From Desulfocapsa sulfexigens DSM 10523 (GTDB lineage Bacteria > Desulfobacterota > Desulfobulbia > Desulfobulbales > Desulfocapsaceae), in NCBI RefSeq assembly GCF_000341395.1, contig NC_020304.1, positions 1,770,001 through 1,802,000 of the forward strand: a DNA stretch of 32,000 nucleotides, given 5' to 3'. Position numbers and translations under genes: made by a program. Below the pieces are notes generated by a model. It was not told the DNA's origin, did not search any database, and saw only the letters and a list, made by a program, of their open reading frames with translations. Shown in pieces: positions 1 to 8,865 of this stretch (within the stretch, counting starts at the first letter, position 1; every line of letters begins with the position of its first letter).

Positions 1-584
1 ACGAGGGAGCAGTCGCTTTGTATAAACAGGGTAAAGAGTTTTCTGATGATACTGCTAAAGCATTTAGTCACAGCAGGAGCTATTTCAAGACCGAAGATCA
101 GTTCCCGTATCTGGTAGCCCTGCAGGCCGAGCAGAGGGTTTACGTGCACCGTAATAATGCGCTCCGGAGTTTCTGCTGCCACCGTTTCAATTTCCATTCC
201 CCCGTCACGACTCGCAATGATAACAATTCCAGAACGGTCACGATCAACGAGTATTGAGAGATAGAGTTCTTTGGCAATATTTACTCCCTGTTCAAAGAGG
301 ATGGTTTTGACTTCTGTTCCTTCTGCCCCGGTCTGTTTGGTAACAAGCTGCATACCAAGGATTCTTTCCGCAGCTTTTTGCGCTTCGGCAACTGTCCTGG
401 CAAGAACAACACCCCCCCCCTTGCCACGGCCTCCTGCAAGAATTTGTGCCTTGACTGCGACGGGCATTGTTATTCCTTCCAGAAGAGAGGAGATGTCTTC
501 TCTGACAGTACAGATTTTTCCTTCAGGAACAGGAATGCCATATGTGCGGAAGAGCTCTTTTGCTTGGTATTCGTGAATTTTCAT
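1..584 (-). CDS. sucC: Succinyl-CoA synthetase (ADP-forming) beta subunit, N-terminal part; the 3' end lies beyond the window start
   Basis: It is absent from the ORF track because it runs off the window edge. The reverse complement from the ATG at 584-582 reads MKIHEYQAKELFRTYGIPVPEGK...VKAQILAGGRGKGGGVVLA...LYLSILVDR, the classic SucC ATP-grasp N-terminus. The + strand ORFs 18..257 and 271..576 are shadows of it. Confidence 0.9.
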   Translation of the reverse strand, partial: MKIHEYQAKELFRTYGIPVPEGKICTVREDISSLLEGITMPVAVKAQILAGGRGKGGGVVLARTVAEAQKAAERILGMQLVTKQTGAEGTEVKTILFEQGVNIAKELYLSILVDRDRSGIVIIASRDGGMEIETVAAETPERIITVHVNPLLGLQGYQIRELIFGLEIAPAVTKCFSSIIRKLFTLFIQSDCSL

Positions 585-621
585 TTAATTATAAACTCTA
601 GTATCCAATGGTATGTATCTG

Positions 622-2517
622 TTATTGTTTTGGATAACCCATATTCCCCAAGGCCCCGGTGATTTCCTCGAGGCTTGTCGGGTCATCTATGGTAGAGGGC
701 ATGTTGTATGGCTTGCCATTGGCAATGGAACGCATGGTGCCGCGAAGAATTTTACCTGAGCGTGTTTTTGGAAGTCTCTCCACCATAGTGGTTTCACGGA
801 GGCAGGCGATGGGGCCAATCTCATTGCGAACCATTTTTACCAGATCGTTCTGGATTTCATCAACCTTACGTTCGACCCCGGCTTTCAGAACAAAAAGGCC
901 CAGTGGAAGTTGTCCCTTGAGTTGGTCATCGGTCCCGATGACCGCACATTCTGCAACATCAGGGTGGGTGGCAATAACTTCTTCCATGGCCCCGGTGGAT
1001 AGACGATGCCCGGCAATATTAATGACATCATCCATACGGCCCATAACGAAAACATAGCCATCCTTGTCGATGTAGCCACCATCACTGGTCTCGTAGAATC
1101 CGGGGAAGGTTTTCATGTAGGAGGAAATAAAACGCTCTTCATTTCGCCACAGAGCGGCAAGGGTTCCGGGAGGAAGTGGCAGCTTGATAACAATGTTACC
1201 TTCCTCTCCTGCTGGAAGTTCCTTACCGTCGTCGTTAACTATCCGTACATCATAGCCGGGGACGGGTAGGGTGGGGGACCCTGCCTTGACCTCCATCTCT
1301 TCAATGCCACGACAGTTGGCAACAATGGACCAGCCCGTTTCCGTTTGCCACCAGTGATCAATAACGGGTACCTTGAGGAGATCCGACGCCCAGTGGTAGG
1401 TGTCTGGATCAAGACGTTCTCCAGCAAGGTAGAGGGCTTCGAAAGAACTCATGTCGTACTGACCAAGTAAGGAACCGGTGGGGTCCATCTTTTTAATGGC
1501 GCGGAATGCTGTGGGCGCAGTGAAAAGTACTTTCACCTTATGCTCTGAAATAACCCGCCAAAAGGCACCGGCATCGGGGGTTCCAATGGGCTTTCCTTCA
1601 TAGATAATGGTGGTGGCACCCTTGAGCAGTGGTCCGTAAATAATGTAAGAATGGCCTACCACCCAGCCAACATCTGACGCTGACCAGAAGACATCGCCGG
1701 TTTCAATATTATAGATGTTTTTCATGGACCAGTGAATGGCGACGGCATGGCCTCCATTATCACGCATTACACCCTTTGGCATTCCAGTGGTGCCAGAGGT
1801 GTAGAGGATATAGAGCGGGTCTGTTGCAGCGACAGCGACACAGTCAGCGGGCTCACTTGTGGCTGTGAGTTCCTGCCAGTCCAGGTCTCTTCCTTCCTGC
1901 ATCTCGGCAGTGATGATGTCGCGCTGAAAAACAATACATTTTTCCGGTTTATGGTCGGACTGTTCAATAGCTCTATCCACCAATGGTTTGTAGGCGATTA
2001 TTTTTTTTCCTTCCACGGCTCCCGATGCTGTAACCAGAACTTTAGGCTGGGCATGGTCTATCCGTATGGCCAATTCACTTGCGGCAAAACCGCCAAAGAC
2101 AACGGAATGGACGGCCCCAAGCCTGGCGCAAGCCAGCATGGCAACCGCGGCTTCTGGAATCATGGGCATGTAGATGATAACCGTATCACCTTTAGTCACC
2201 CCCTGGCTTTTTAAGGCACCTGCAAATTTAGCAACCTCGGTCTGCAGTTCCCTGTAGGAGATTTTGCGGATGGTATCTGTTACAGGAGAATCGTAGATAA
2301 TAGCGGTTTGTTCGCCGCGACCAGCTTCGACATGGCGATCAACGGCATTGTAACAGGTGTTGAGTTCTGCGCCTCGAAACCAGCGATACGATGGAGGGTT
2401 TGAAGCGTCGAGTACTTTGTCCCATTTTTTGATCCAGTCTATACCTTCTGCTGCGTTTGCCCAGAATTCTTCAGGTTGTTCAATGCTTTGTCGGAATAAT
2501 GTGTTGAATTGTCCCAT
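622..2517 (-). CDS. prpE: Propionate--CoA ligase-type acyl-CoA synthetase (AMP-forming)
   Basis: The 631-aa ORF has an N-terminus (SIEQPEEFWANAAEGIDW...SNPPSYRWF...NTCYNAVDRHV) and AMP-binding motifs (YTSGTTGMPKGV, DVGWVVGHSY, WQTETGW, LPKTRSGKILR) that are colinear with E. coli PrpE as I recall it. Distinguishing PrpE from Acs is a judgement by eye. Confidence 0.8.
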   Translation of the reverse strand: MGQFNTLFRQSIEQPEEFWANAAEGIDWIKKWDKVLDASNPPSYRWFRGAELNTCYNAVDRHVEAGRGEQTAIIYDSPVTDTIRKISYRELQTEVAKFAGALKSQGVTKGDTVIIYMPMIPEAAVAMLACARLGAVHSVVFGGFAASELAIRIDHAQPKVLVTASGAVEGKKIIAYKPLVDRAIEQSDHKPEKCIVFQRDIITAEMQEGRDLDWQELTATSEPADCVAVAATDPLYILYTSGTTGMPKGVMRDNGGHAVAIHWSMKNIYNIETGDVFWSASDVGWVVGHSYIIYGPLLKGATTIIYEGKPIGTPDAGAFWRVISEHKVKVLFTAPTAFRAIKKMDPTGSLLGQYDMSSFEALYLAGERLDPDTYHWASDLLKVPVIDHWWQTETGWSIVANCRGIEEMEVKAGSPTLPVPGYDVRIVNDDGKELPAGEEGNIVIKLPLPPGTLAALWRNEERFISSYMKTFPGFYETSDGGYIDKDGYVFVMGRMDDVINIAGHRLSTGAMEEVIATHPDVAECAVIGTDDQLKGQLPLGLFVLKAGVERKVDEIQNDLVKMVRNEIGPIACLRETTMVERLPKTRSGKILRGTMRSIANGKPYNMPSTIDDPTSLEEITGALGNMGYPKQ

Positions 2518-2563
2518 GGTTTTCCTCTGTTAGGTTTGCTGGTTTGAACTGTTCAAAATAGTA

Positions 2564-3154
2564 TTAATGTATTCTCTCAGGTGTTACAATTCCACGCCAG
2601 ATCATTTTAAACATTACGTCTGTCTGGTCGGCTAAGCTTTCTTTTTGTCCCCGCTGTACCCACATAATGAAACTCCGTTGTACAAAGCCGAGCATGAAAT
2701 CAAGCAGGATTCTGGTATCGATGTCGGGGTTCAGTAGCCCTTCTTCCTGGCCCTGTCTGAGGACATCCATAAGAAGGTTGAACATTCTGCGTTGTTCAAA
2801 ACTTTCGTCGGCCATCCATGTTTTCATGGGAAGCGTCATAAAGATTATTTTCGCAAATTCATTATGTTTTTCATAGTAATCAAGCTGGAGCCAGAAAATT
2901 TTCCGGAGCTTTTCTTTCAGGTTAGCCATACCCTGGAGGTGATCGATAATCCTGTCGGTGAGCCTCCCCATCCAGATATCTACGAAGGCAAAAACAAGCC
3001 CCTCTTTATTGCCGTAATGCTTGTATATTGTAGCAAAACTGACCCCGGCTTTCCGGGCAATATCTCTGATGGCCACCGCATGGAAATCAGATTCGGAAAA
3101 TACCTCTAATATGGTAGCGCCCAAACGGTCATGGAAGTCTGAATTGATTGTCAC
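2564..3154 (-). CDS. TetR/AcrR family transcriptional regulator
   Basis: The 196-aa ORF has an N-terminal TetR helix-turn-helix signature (AVAIRDIARKAGVSFATIYKHYGNKEGL). It lies 46 nt upstream of the acyl-CoA synthetase on the same strand. Confidence 0.85.
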   Translation of the reverse strand: MTINSDFHDRLGATILEVFSESDFHAVAIRDIARKAGVSFATIYKHYGNKEGLVFAFVDIWMGRLTDRIIDHLQGMANLKEKLRKIFWLQLDYYEKHNEFAKIIFMTLPMKTWMADESFEQRRMFNLLMDVLRQGQEEGLLNPDIDTRILLDFMLGFVQRSFIMWVQRGQKESLADQTDVMFKMIWRGIVTPERIH

Positions 3155-3323
3155 TTGTTATTGCTGTATGTCGTTAAATATATGTTGTAAAAAAATCGAG
3201 ATCGCTAGTTTTCTGAATGAGAGTAACATTATTACAGGCGATTTATAGTCCCCTGACAGCGAATGTCAAGATAATTGGCGGGCAGGCGTTCTCTTTTGGG
3301 GAAGCCGTTTATTCTGTTTCTCT

Positions 3324-3339
3324 TCGACAATTGTGTCGA
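3324..3339. promoter_or_regulatory. Inverted repeat TCGACA-ATTG-TGTCGA, a candidate operator
   Basis: It is a perfect 6-bp inverted repeat with a 4-nt spacer, in the divergent intergenic region between the TetR gene (start 3154, minus) and the secreted-protein gene (start 3413, plus). Any function is inferred only. Confidence 0.25.
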
Positions 3340-3412
3340 GTGGGGCGCTGGTTGTAGATCAACTCTGGAAATGAGTGAGTGTTTTACATCCCTGTGTGCG
3401 TGTCGGTAATAT

Positions 3413-3739
3413 ATGAGCATTTTTAAAATTGGGTCTTTTCTGCTAGTATTCTTTTTTATCTTTGTGGTGAGCAGTGATGGCGCTGAGTTGAACTGTAGTG
3501 CAAGGGTGTTTTCCGGTCAGGATTTTATGACTCCGAGATCACGGTTTGTAATAGATGAAAAAGTGTATTCGCGGGCAGTTTGTCTGGATCTGCCACCCGG
3601 AAAGTATGCAATGGCAGCAGTATGGTATAATCCATTCCAGCAGGTGCAACGACAGGATAAGCACACCTTTTATCTGAGATCTGTTTCTGGGTACAGCACA
3701 TTTTTCTGGATGAAGGTACTTAAGAAGGGGCCTTTGTGA
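3413..3739 (+). CDS. Small secreted hypothetical protein; the reading frame may continue through the TGA at 3737-3739 to 3850
   Basis: The N-terminus is a hydrophobic signal peptide (MSIFKIGSFLLVFFFIFVVSSDGA). I recognise no family. See the finding on the in-frame stop. Confidence 0.5.
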   Translation: MSIFKIGSFLLVFFFIFVVSSDGAELNCSARVFSGQDFMTPRSRFVIDEKVYSRAVCLDLPPGKYAMAAVWYNPFQQVQRQDKHTFYLRSVSGYSTFFWMKVLKKGPL

Positions 3740-4019
3740 GGTGCTGTATCCAATAGTTCATATTCTGCCAAATATTATGGAAGCTGGAGCGCCAAGCTCT
3801 CTTTGGGTCAGGGTGGAATTGAGCCGGTACAATTTGTCGTTCAGGAATAGAAAAAAAACTTCCAGGGTTTTTTATGGATTGAGATATCTCTCAAGGGGAT
3901 ACCATATATGAAATGGATAAAAAAACAGGAAATCCGAATATGATTTTCATTTACGGTTTGAAAATCAGCATTTGCCTGTGTTTCAGCGGTGCGCAAATTA
4001 AACACAAGAGAGGTCTGGC

Positions 4020-5117
4020 TTGAGCACTCTCCGAGAATATCTTTTTTCCTCGAAAGCAACAAAAGACACTGCCAGGCGTGTTGTTATGGGTAATGAGGCA
4101 GCCGATCTTGATTCAATGGTTTCGTCCATTGCCTTTGGGTATCTGCTGAGTCTGCAGGATGCTGCCAGGGTGGTATTGCCTGTTATGCCAATTTACCGCG
4201 CAGATTTTGTACTGCGCCCTGAAGCGGTATATCTCTTCGAGAAGGCCGGTATTGAACTGGATGATATCGTTTTTTTTGATGAGGTCGATTTCGATATACT
4301 GATGGAAGAAGGGGCGGGGCTAGTTCTTGTTGACCATAACAAACTCGGGCCTGAGTTCGCACACTATAGTTCAAGTGTGGTTGGAGTTGTGGATCATCAC
4401 AAAGATGAAGGACTCTATGGTGACGCAGAGCCTCGAATTATACAAACCACAGGATCGACCACGTCTCTTGTGGCAATGGAATTTGAAAAGAAAGGAGTGG
4501 CCTTTTCAGAGGCTCTTGCTGTTCTTCTTGGTGGCACAGTTTTACTCGATACGGTGAACCTTTCCCGAAAGGTCGGGCGGGTAACCGACCTTGATGTAAC
4601 AGTTGCAAACATTCTTCTTCCCCTTTGTCCTCTGTCAAGGGATGAGCTTTTCGCTAACATCCAGCAAGCAAAATTTGATATCAGAGGATTCTCAACCGTT
4701 GATCTGTTACGCAAAGATTATAAGGAATTTCATTTTACAACGGTGAGATGCGGGATTGCTTCTGTTGTGTTACCAGTGAGTCGGTGGAAACAAATGGACG
4801 GGGACCTCTTTTCAGCTTTTGTGAACTTTGCGGCGGACCGTAAGCTTGACGTGCTCCTTTCCATGAACGCCTTCCGTGATCCAGGTTTCGGCAGAGACCT
4901 TGTAGTCTACTGCTCAACAGAAAAGGCATATGATGCCCTGTTGTCATACTTACACAGGATATCACTGAAACTAAGCCCATGTGAGGATGTCGGTAAGCGA
5001 GTGAATACAAAGGGTGTTATAGGCTGCTTCCATCAGGGAAATCTTGATATATCACGGAAGAAGCTTCAGCCACTCCTTGCTCAACTTTACAGCCAAAATG
5101 TTTCTCCAGGTAGTTAG
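4020..5117 (+). CDS. DHH/DHHA2 family phosphoesterase (exopolyphosphatase PPX1/prune-like)
   Basis: DHH motifs are present in order: GNEAADLDS, LVLVDHN, VVDHHKD, GSTTSLV, DTVNL. A DHHA2-like C-terminal half follows. The start is TTG at 4020, preceded by GAGAGG at 4007-4012. Confidence 0.8.
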   Translation: MSTLREYLFSSKATKDTARRVVMGNEAADLDSMVSSIAFGYLLSLQDAARVVLPVMPIYRADFVLRPEAVYLFEKAGIELDDIVFFDEVDFDILMEEGAGLVLVDHNKLGPEFAHYSSSVVGVVDHHKDEGLYGDAEPRIIQTTGSTTSLVAMEFEKKGVAFSEALAVLLGGTVLLDTVNLSRKVGRVTDLDVTVANILLPLCPLSRDELFANIQQAKFDIRGFSTVDLLRKDYKEFHFTTVRCGIASVVLPVSRWKQMDGDLFSAFVNFAADRKLDVLLSMNAFRDPGFGRDLVVYCSTEKAYDALLSYLHRISLKLSPCEDVGKRVNTKGVIGCFHQGNLDISRKKLQPLLAQLYSQNVSPGS

Positions 5118-5343
5118 CTTTTTTTTAGATCGGTTCCTGTTTTTGTCAGAATAAGATGAACCTGTTCGGCTCTTTGTTTTTTCCTCCTTCTGTTTTTGTT
5201 TTTGCTATAGTATGATCTTATGAAATCATATTCATGTTTGTTTTGTGCAATACTTGGTAGCGTCCTGTCTGTAATCTTTTGATGTTTTATCGGAATTGTT
5301 GGTGTGTTCCTTTCGGCTGAAGTGAGATACGGTAAAAAGACGT

Positions 5344-6990
5344 ATGAGCAGTGATAAAAAACAATCCATACTCTTTGTTGACAGTGACCCTGTCGCTCAT
5401 AAGAGTGTTCAGGAAGTACTGAAGGACTTTGATTTGGATGTGGTGGTCGCCAGATCCACTGCCGAGGTCTCGGAACTGGTCCTCGTTTATGATTTTGCAC
5501 TTATCCTTCTGAGTGTTACTCCCTCTGATACTACTCCGTTTGATACTGCCAGGGCCCTTGGTAAGAATGAAAAAACCTGGTATGTCCCGATAATTTTTCA
5601 GACAACACCTGAGGCAATTGGTGAATTGCTTGAACAGGGCTATGCTGCTGGTGGTGTTGATTTCCTCCATAAACCATTCCGACCGGAAGTTTTGCGGGCA
5701 AAGGTCAAAGTTTTCCTTGAGCTCGATGCCCGGCAGCGTCAACTTGCCTTTGCAACTGCGACAATCCAGCAACAAAACCTGAAACTTGAAGAACGGGCTA
5801 TTCGTGATAGTCTGACCGGCCTCTATAATCATAATTACCTGCAGGAGCAGTTAGGAAGGGAGGTGTCAATTGCAAGGCGTTATAACACTCCCCTTTCTGT
5901 TTTTCTGCTTGATCTTGATTTTTTTAAAGATGTAAACGACAGTTGTGGCCATCCTTTCGGTGATTTTGTTCTTAAAGAGTTCTCCCGGAGAGTTGAGGGG
6001 AGTCTCAGGGAATCTGATATCTTCGGTCGCTATGGAGGTGAAGAGTTCCTGGTTATCCTTCCCAGTGTTGACAGGGAACAGGCGGCCGTTGTTGCAGAAA
6101 AGATTAGAAAAAACACAGGTACCACTGTTTTCTCCAATGATAAATATGAGCGTTACGTAACCGTTTCCATCGGAGTCTATTCCGGGTTTGGTGAAGAGAC
6201 TGATGCGTCCAGGCTTATAATAGATTTTGTAGATAATGCTCTGTACCAGGCAAAAGCAGAAGGCCGGAACAGGGTTTGTCATTATAGGGGGCCAAGGGGC
6301 GGTACCGCTGGTATGGACGAACATATCAGTGATGTTATAGGATCTGATCAGCAGAACCATCTTAACGCCACTATTGAAAAATCCCGTGCCATGACTCTTG
6401 CCTCTTTTGAGGCGATGGTGCATGCTCAGACCCGTGAGTATGAGCTGCTAGCAGCCCGGAATTCATTTTTTATCAAAGTACTGGATGGACTTGCAGAAAG
6501 ACTTAACCTGCCAGATCAACTTATCCATTCATTCCGCCGTGCCATAAAGCTTCATGATCTTTTTCGCTGTTATATCCATGACTCTTCCCTGAAGACGGAG
6601 GGAGCATTAAGTGAGGAGCAGGAAGAAATGCTGTTTGATCAGCCACTGATGTTGCGAGAACTGACAAATATGTTTGATTTTTTTGCTTCCGAACGGGTTA
6701 TTCTCTACTCTCACCACGAGCATTACGATGGTACGGGGTACCCTGATGGGCTGACGGGGGATGAAATTCCAATGGCCGCAAGGATTTTTGCCTTGGTGGA
6801 TTCTTTTGTCGCCATGGTCACTCCAGCATCTGGAAAAGAAGGCATGACCAGGGAGCAGGCTGAGGCTGAAATGAAGAAGTATTCCGGGAGGCAGTTTGAT
6901 CCATTTCTGGTGGGCATGTTGATGCAAAGTATTGATACTAGCGATTTTTTTAAGGATAAGGAGGATGCTGTCGATGCTGCAGAGATCTAG
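5344..6990 (+). CDS. Atypical receiver (REC) - GGDEF diguanylate cyclase - HD-GYP domain protein
   Basis: The REC-like N-terminus has ILFVDSD, LILLSV and HKPF. The GGDEF domain has an RESD I-site five residues before GGEEF (SLRESDIFGRYGGEEFLVIL). The C-terminal HD-GYP has KLHD...HHEHYDGTGYPDGL. Confidence 0.85.
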   Translation: MSSDKKQSILFVDSDPVAHKSVQEVLKDFDLDVVVARSTAEVSELVLVYDFALILLSVTPSDTTPFDTARALGKNEKTWYVPIIFQTTPEAIGELLEQGYAAGGVDFLHKPFRPEVLRAKVKVFLELDARQRQLAFATATIQQQNLKLEERAIRDSLTGLYNHNYLQEQLGREVSIARRYNTPLSVFLLDLDFFKDVNDSCGHPFGDFVLKEFSRRVEGSLRESDIFGRYGGEEFLVILPSVDREQAAVVAEKIRKNTGTTVFSNDKYERYVTVSIGVYSGFGEETDASRLIIDFVDNALYQAKAEGRNRVCHYRGPRGGTAGMDEHISDVIGSDQQNHLNATIEKSRAMTLASFEAMVHAQTREYELLAARNSFFIKVLDGLAERLNLPDQLIHSFRRAIKLHDLFRCYIHDSSLKTEGALSEEQEEMLFDQPLMLRELTNMFDFFASERVILYSHHEHYDGTGYPDGLTGDEIPMAARIFALVDSFVAMVTPASGKEGMTREQAEAEMKKYSGRQFDPFLVGMLMQSIDTSDFFKDKEDAVDAAEI

Positions 6991-7876
6991 TCATCAGTCA
7001 TGCCCTCTTCACAAACGGGTGTCCTCCTCTGTTGAGGCCTTCGCACCTCTGCCATCTGTGGCCATGAAGGTCATGAGTGTGGTGGCAGATCCTGAAACCA
7101 CAGCGAAGGAGCTTGAAACGGTCCTTCAGGGGGATATCTCTCTTGTTACTGCTGTTTTGAAACTCGCCAATTCTGCTTTTTATGGACTGAGGCGTCAGGT
7201 GATATCCTTGAGACACGCTCTTCTCCTTCTTGGGAGGAGCGAAGTTCAAGGACTGGTGCTCTCTCGAGTCATGTTCCAGGCGTTTAAAGTTCCAAAGGGG
7301 CTGCAGAAAGATGTAATGGCTGGAGTGTGGAGACATTCTCTTGAGTGTGCCCTGGCAGCCGAATATGTTGCTGAACAGTGTGGTGAGGAGGGATCTGTTT
7401 ATTTTCTTGGAGGGATGCTTCATGATATTGGTAAGCTTCTTATTCTGCAACAGTTCTCAACCGAAATCGAAGATCTGGAACATTATAGCCGACTTGCTAA
7501 AAAGGAGGGGGTTGAGGTTGAGACTGCCCTTTTGGGCTGTGGTCATAATGAACTTGGTTCTCAGCTTCTTCACCGCTGGATGTTTCCAACACTTTTGGTG
7601 GAGATGGTGCAGAGCCATCATGACTATGACGAAATTAGAGTGTATGAGCGGCCTGTACAGGTTTTGATTATTGCTGACCTGCTGAGTCGCTGGGCTGTTT
7701 TAAAGAACCTGGAAGGGGATAGTGAGGAGCAGCGAGATTCGCTCTCTGTGCTGCTGCAACGTTGTGGCGCAGAATCCAAAATCATTCCGGATAAAACCAT
7801 CCTGGCTGAAATGGAGAGTGGATTCAGACAAAGGCTTCAGGAAAGGAAGGAGCTTTTGGAGATGCTGATGTTGTAA
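6974..7876 (+). CDS. HDOD domain signalling protein
   Basis: The HDOD signature is LPSVAMKVMSVVADPETTAKELETVLQGDISLVTAVLKLANSAFYGL...LLLG, followed by GGMLHDIGKL. I chose the ATG at 6974, which lies 9 nt after AAGGAGG (6958-6964). In-frame alternatives exist at 6965 and 6932. The gene overlaps the upstream stop (6988-6990), which suggests translational coupling. Confidence 0.8.
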   Translation: MLQRSSHQSCPLHKRVSSSVEAFAPLPSVAMKVMSVVADPETTAKELETVLQGDISLVTAVLKLANSAFYGLRRQVISLRHALLLLGRSEVQGLVLSRVMFQAFKVPKGLQKDVMAGVWRHSLECALAAEYVAEQCGEEGSVYFLGGMLHDIGKLLILQQFSTEIEDLEHYSRLAKKEGVEVETALLGCGHNELGSQLLHRWMFPTLLVEMVQSHHDYDEIRVYERPVQVLIIADLLSRWAVLKNLEGDSEEQRDSLSVLLQRCGAESKIIPDKTILAEMESGFRQRLQERKELLEMLML

Positions 7877-8049
7877 CAAAGAGTTCTTCATTGAACAGTT
7901 TCTGATTTAACGGTTTTTCACGTTTATAGGGTAGTTGGGCCACAGCTGAGATTCTATCCTTTTTTTCGCAACAAAGGTTTTTAACGCTGGCCTTCGTTCT
8001 TCCATCTCTCCTTCTTTTTCCCGAAAACATTTTACCTGATTATCACTAA

Positions 8050-8084
8050 TCCTCAGCCTACCCGCCTGAGGAGGCGTTTTTTCG
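8050..8084 (+). terminator. Rho-independent terminator-like hairpin
   Basis: TCCTCAG (8050-8056) pairs with CTGAGGA (8066-8072) around a 9-nt loop, followed by GGCGTTTTTTCG. It sits about 175 nt after the HDOD stop. Confidence 0.5.
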
Positions 8085-8088
8085 TGTT

Positions 8089-8163
8089 GATTATATGGGC
8101 ATCTGCGGCCTGGACGGTCGCAGCAGAGCCCCAAGGGATGGGTTTATGGCGTCCCATATAATC
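8089..8163. repeat. 75-nt element closed by an 11-bp perfect inverted repeat (GATTATATGGG ... CCCATATAATC)
   Basis: The arms are at 8089-8099 and 8153-8163. There is an internal CTGCG/CGCAG stem at about 8103-8123. It lies between the terminator at 8050 and the rrf2 promoter region. Confidence 0.5.
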
Positions 8164-8369
8164 GACACGGAACAACTCCGGGTTGCAAAGCTGAGTTTCG
8201 ATGGTAATCAGGATGTTTTAAGACCTAGAATGCACTGTTTGCCCGGAGTAACGGTTTTTAATGCACTTCTGAAAGATGTGATTGATCGGGAAAAAAACAG
8301 TTGACGGAAGATTTTGATGGTGTATATAGGACATTAAGTATCTTATATGTCTTGTATGGGGAATGTTGA

Positions 8370-8804
8370 ATGAGATTGACACGAGCTGGAGAATATGCGG
8401 TCAGATGCATGATGTATCTGTCGCACAAAGGAAAGGGGGTTCAGGTTTCCAAGCAGGAGATTGCTGAGCGTGCTGACATCCCTCCTCATTTTCTGGCGAA
8501 GATAGCACAGGATCTTGCCCGGGCGAATATGATAGAGATCAAGCAGGGATCGAAGGGCGGATACAGTCTGCTCAAGGACCCGGCTGAGATTTCATTGCTT
8601 GAGGTTGTGGAGATCATGATTGGTGAAATTTTTCTCAATGATTGTGTCGCTCGTCCAGTGTCCTGTAGGGTAAGTAAAAGTTGCAGTGTTCATAGAGTTT
8701 GGGAGCGTGCGAGGAACCAGCTGCGTGAGACCCTGGCGGGAGTCAGTCTGGCTGAATTGTCTGAAAACGATTCTTGTGTTCCGCTCTTTCCTGTGCATAA
8801 TTAA
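8370..8804 (+). CDS. Rrf2 family transcriptional regulator (probable Fe-S cluster ligating type)
   Basis: The protein begins MRLTRAGEYAVRCMMYL...SKQEIAERADIPPHFLAKIAQDLARANMIEIKQGSKGGYSL, a winged helix-turn-helix. Three clustered Cys (CVARPVSCRVSKSC) sit where IscR/NsrR-type cluster ligands lie. A GGGGA ribosome-binding site lies 7 nt before the ATG. Confidence 0.85.
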   Translation: MRLTRAGEYAVRCMMYLSHKGKGVQVSKQEIAERADIPPHFLAKIAQDLARANMIEIKQGSKGGYSLLKDPAEISLLEVVEIMIGEIFLNDCVARPVSCRVSKSCSVHRVWERARNQLRETLAGVSLAELSENDSCVPLFPVHN

Positions 8805-8865
8805 AAAAGATATTTTTTGTTTTATATAGCTGGGCGAAACAGAGTGACAGAATAGGAGGTGGGTA

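Noticed and set aside
3740-3800. I looked for a SECIS element that would make the in-frame TGA at 3737 a selenocysteine codon.
   Set aside because: I could fold no stable stem-loop with the expected spacing and apical G/U loop. There is also no Cys or redox motif context around the TGA.
5287-6423. Long antisense ORFs of 181 aa and 185 aa lie opposite the REC-GGDEF-HD-GYP gene. Similar ones lie at 22148..22717 opposite mfd and 24531..24983 opposite bamA.
   Set aside because: They are shadow ORFs of clearly coding sense strands. They have low-complexity or odd composition and no recognisable motifs or ribosome-binding sites.
8089-8163. The 75-nt hairpin might be a tRNA gene.
   Set aside because: The closing stem is 11 bp rather than 7. 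There is no GTTCRANYC T-loop, no D-loop GG in the right register, and no cloverleaf can be drawn.
8095-8304. A 69-aa + strand ORF lies in the HDOD-rrf2 spacer.
   Set aside because: It begins inside the 75-nt hairpin, has no ribosome-binding site, and shows no motif.
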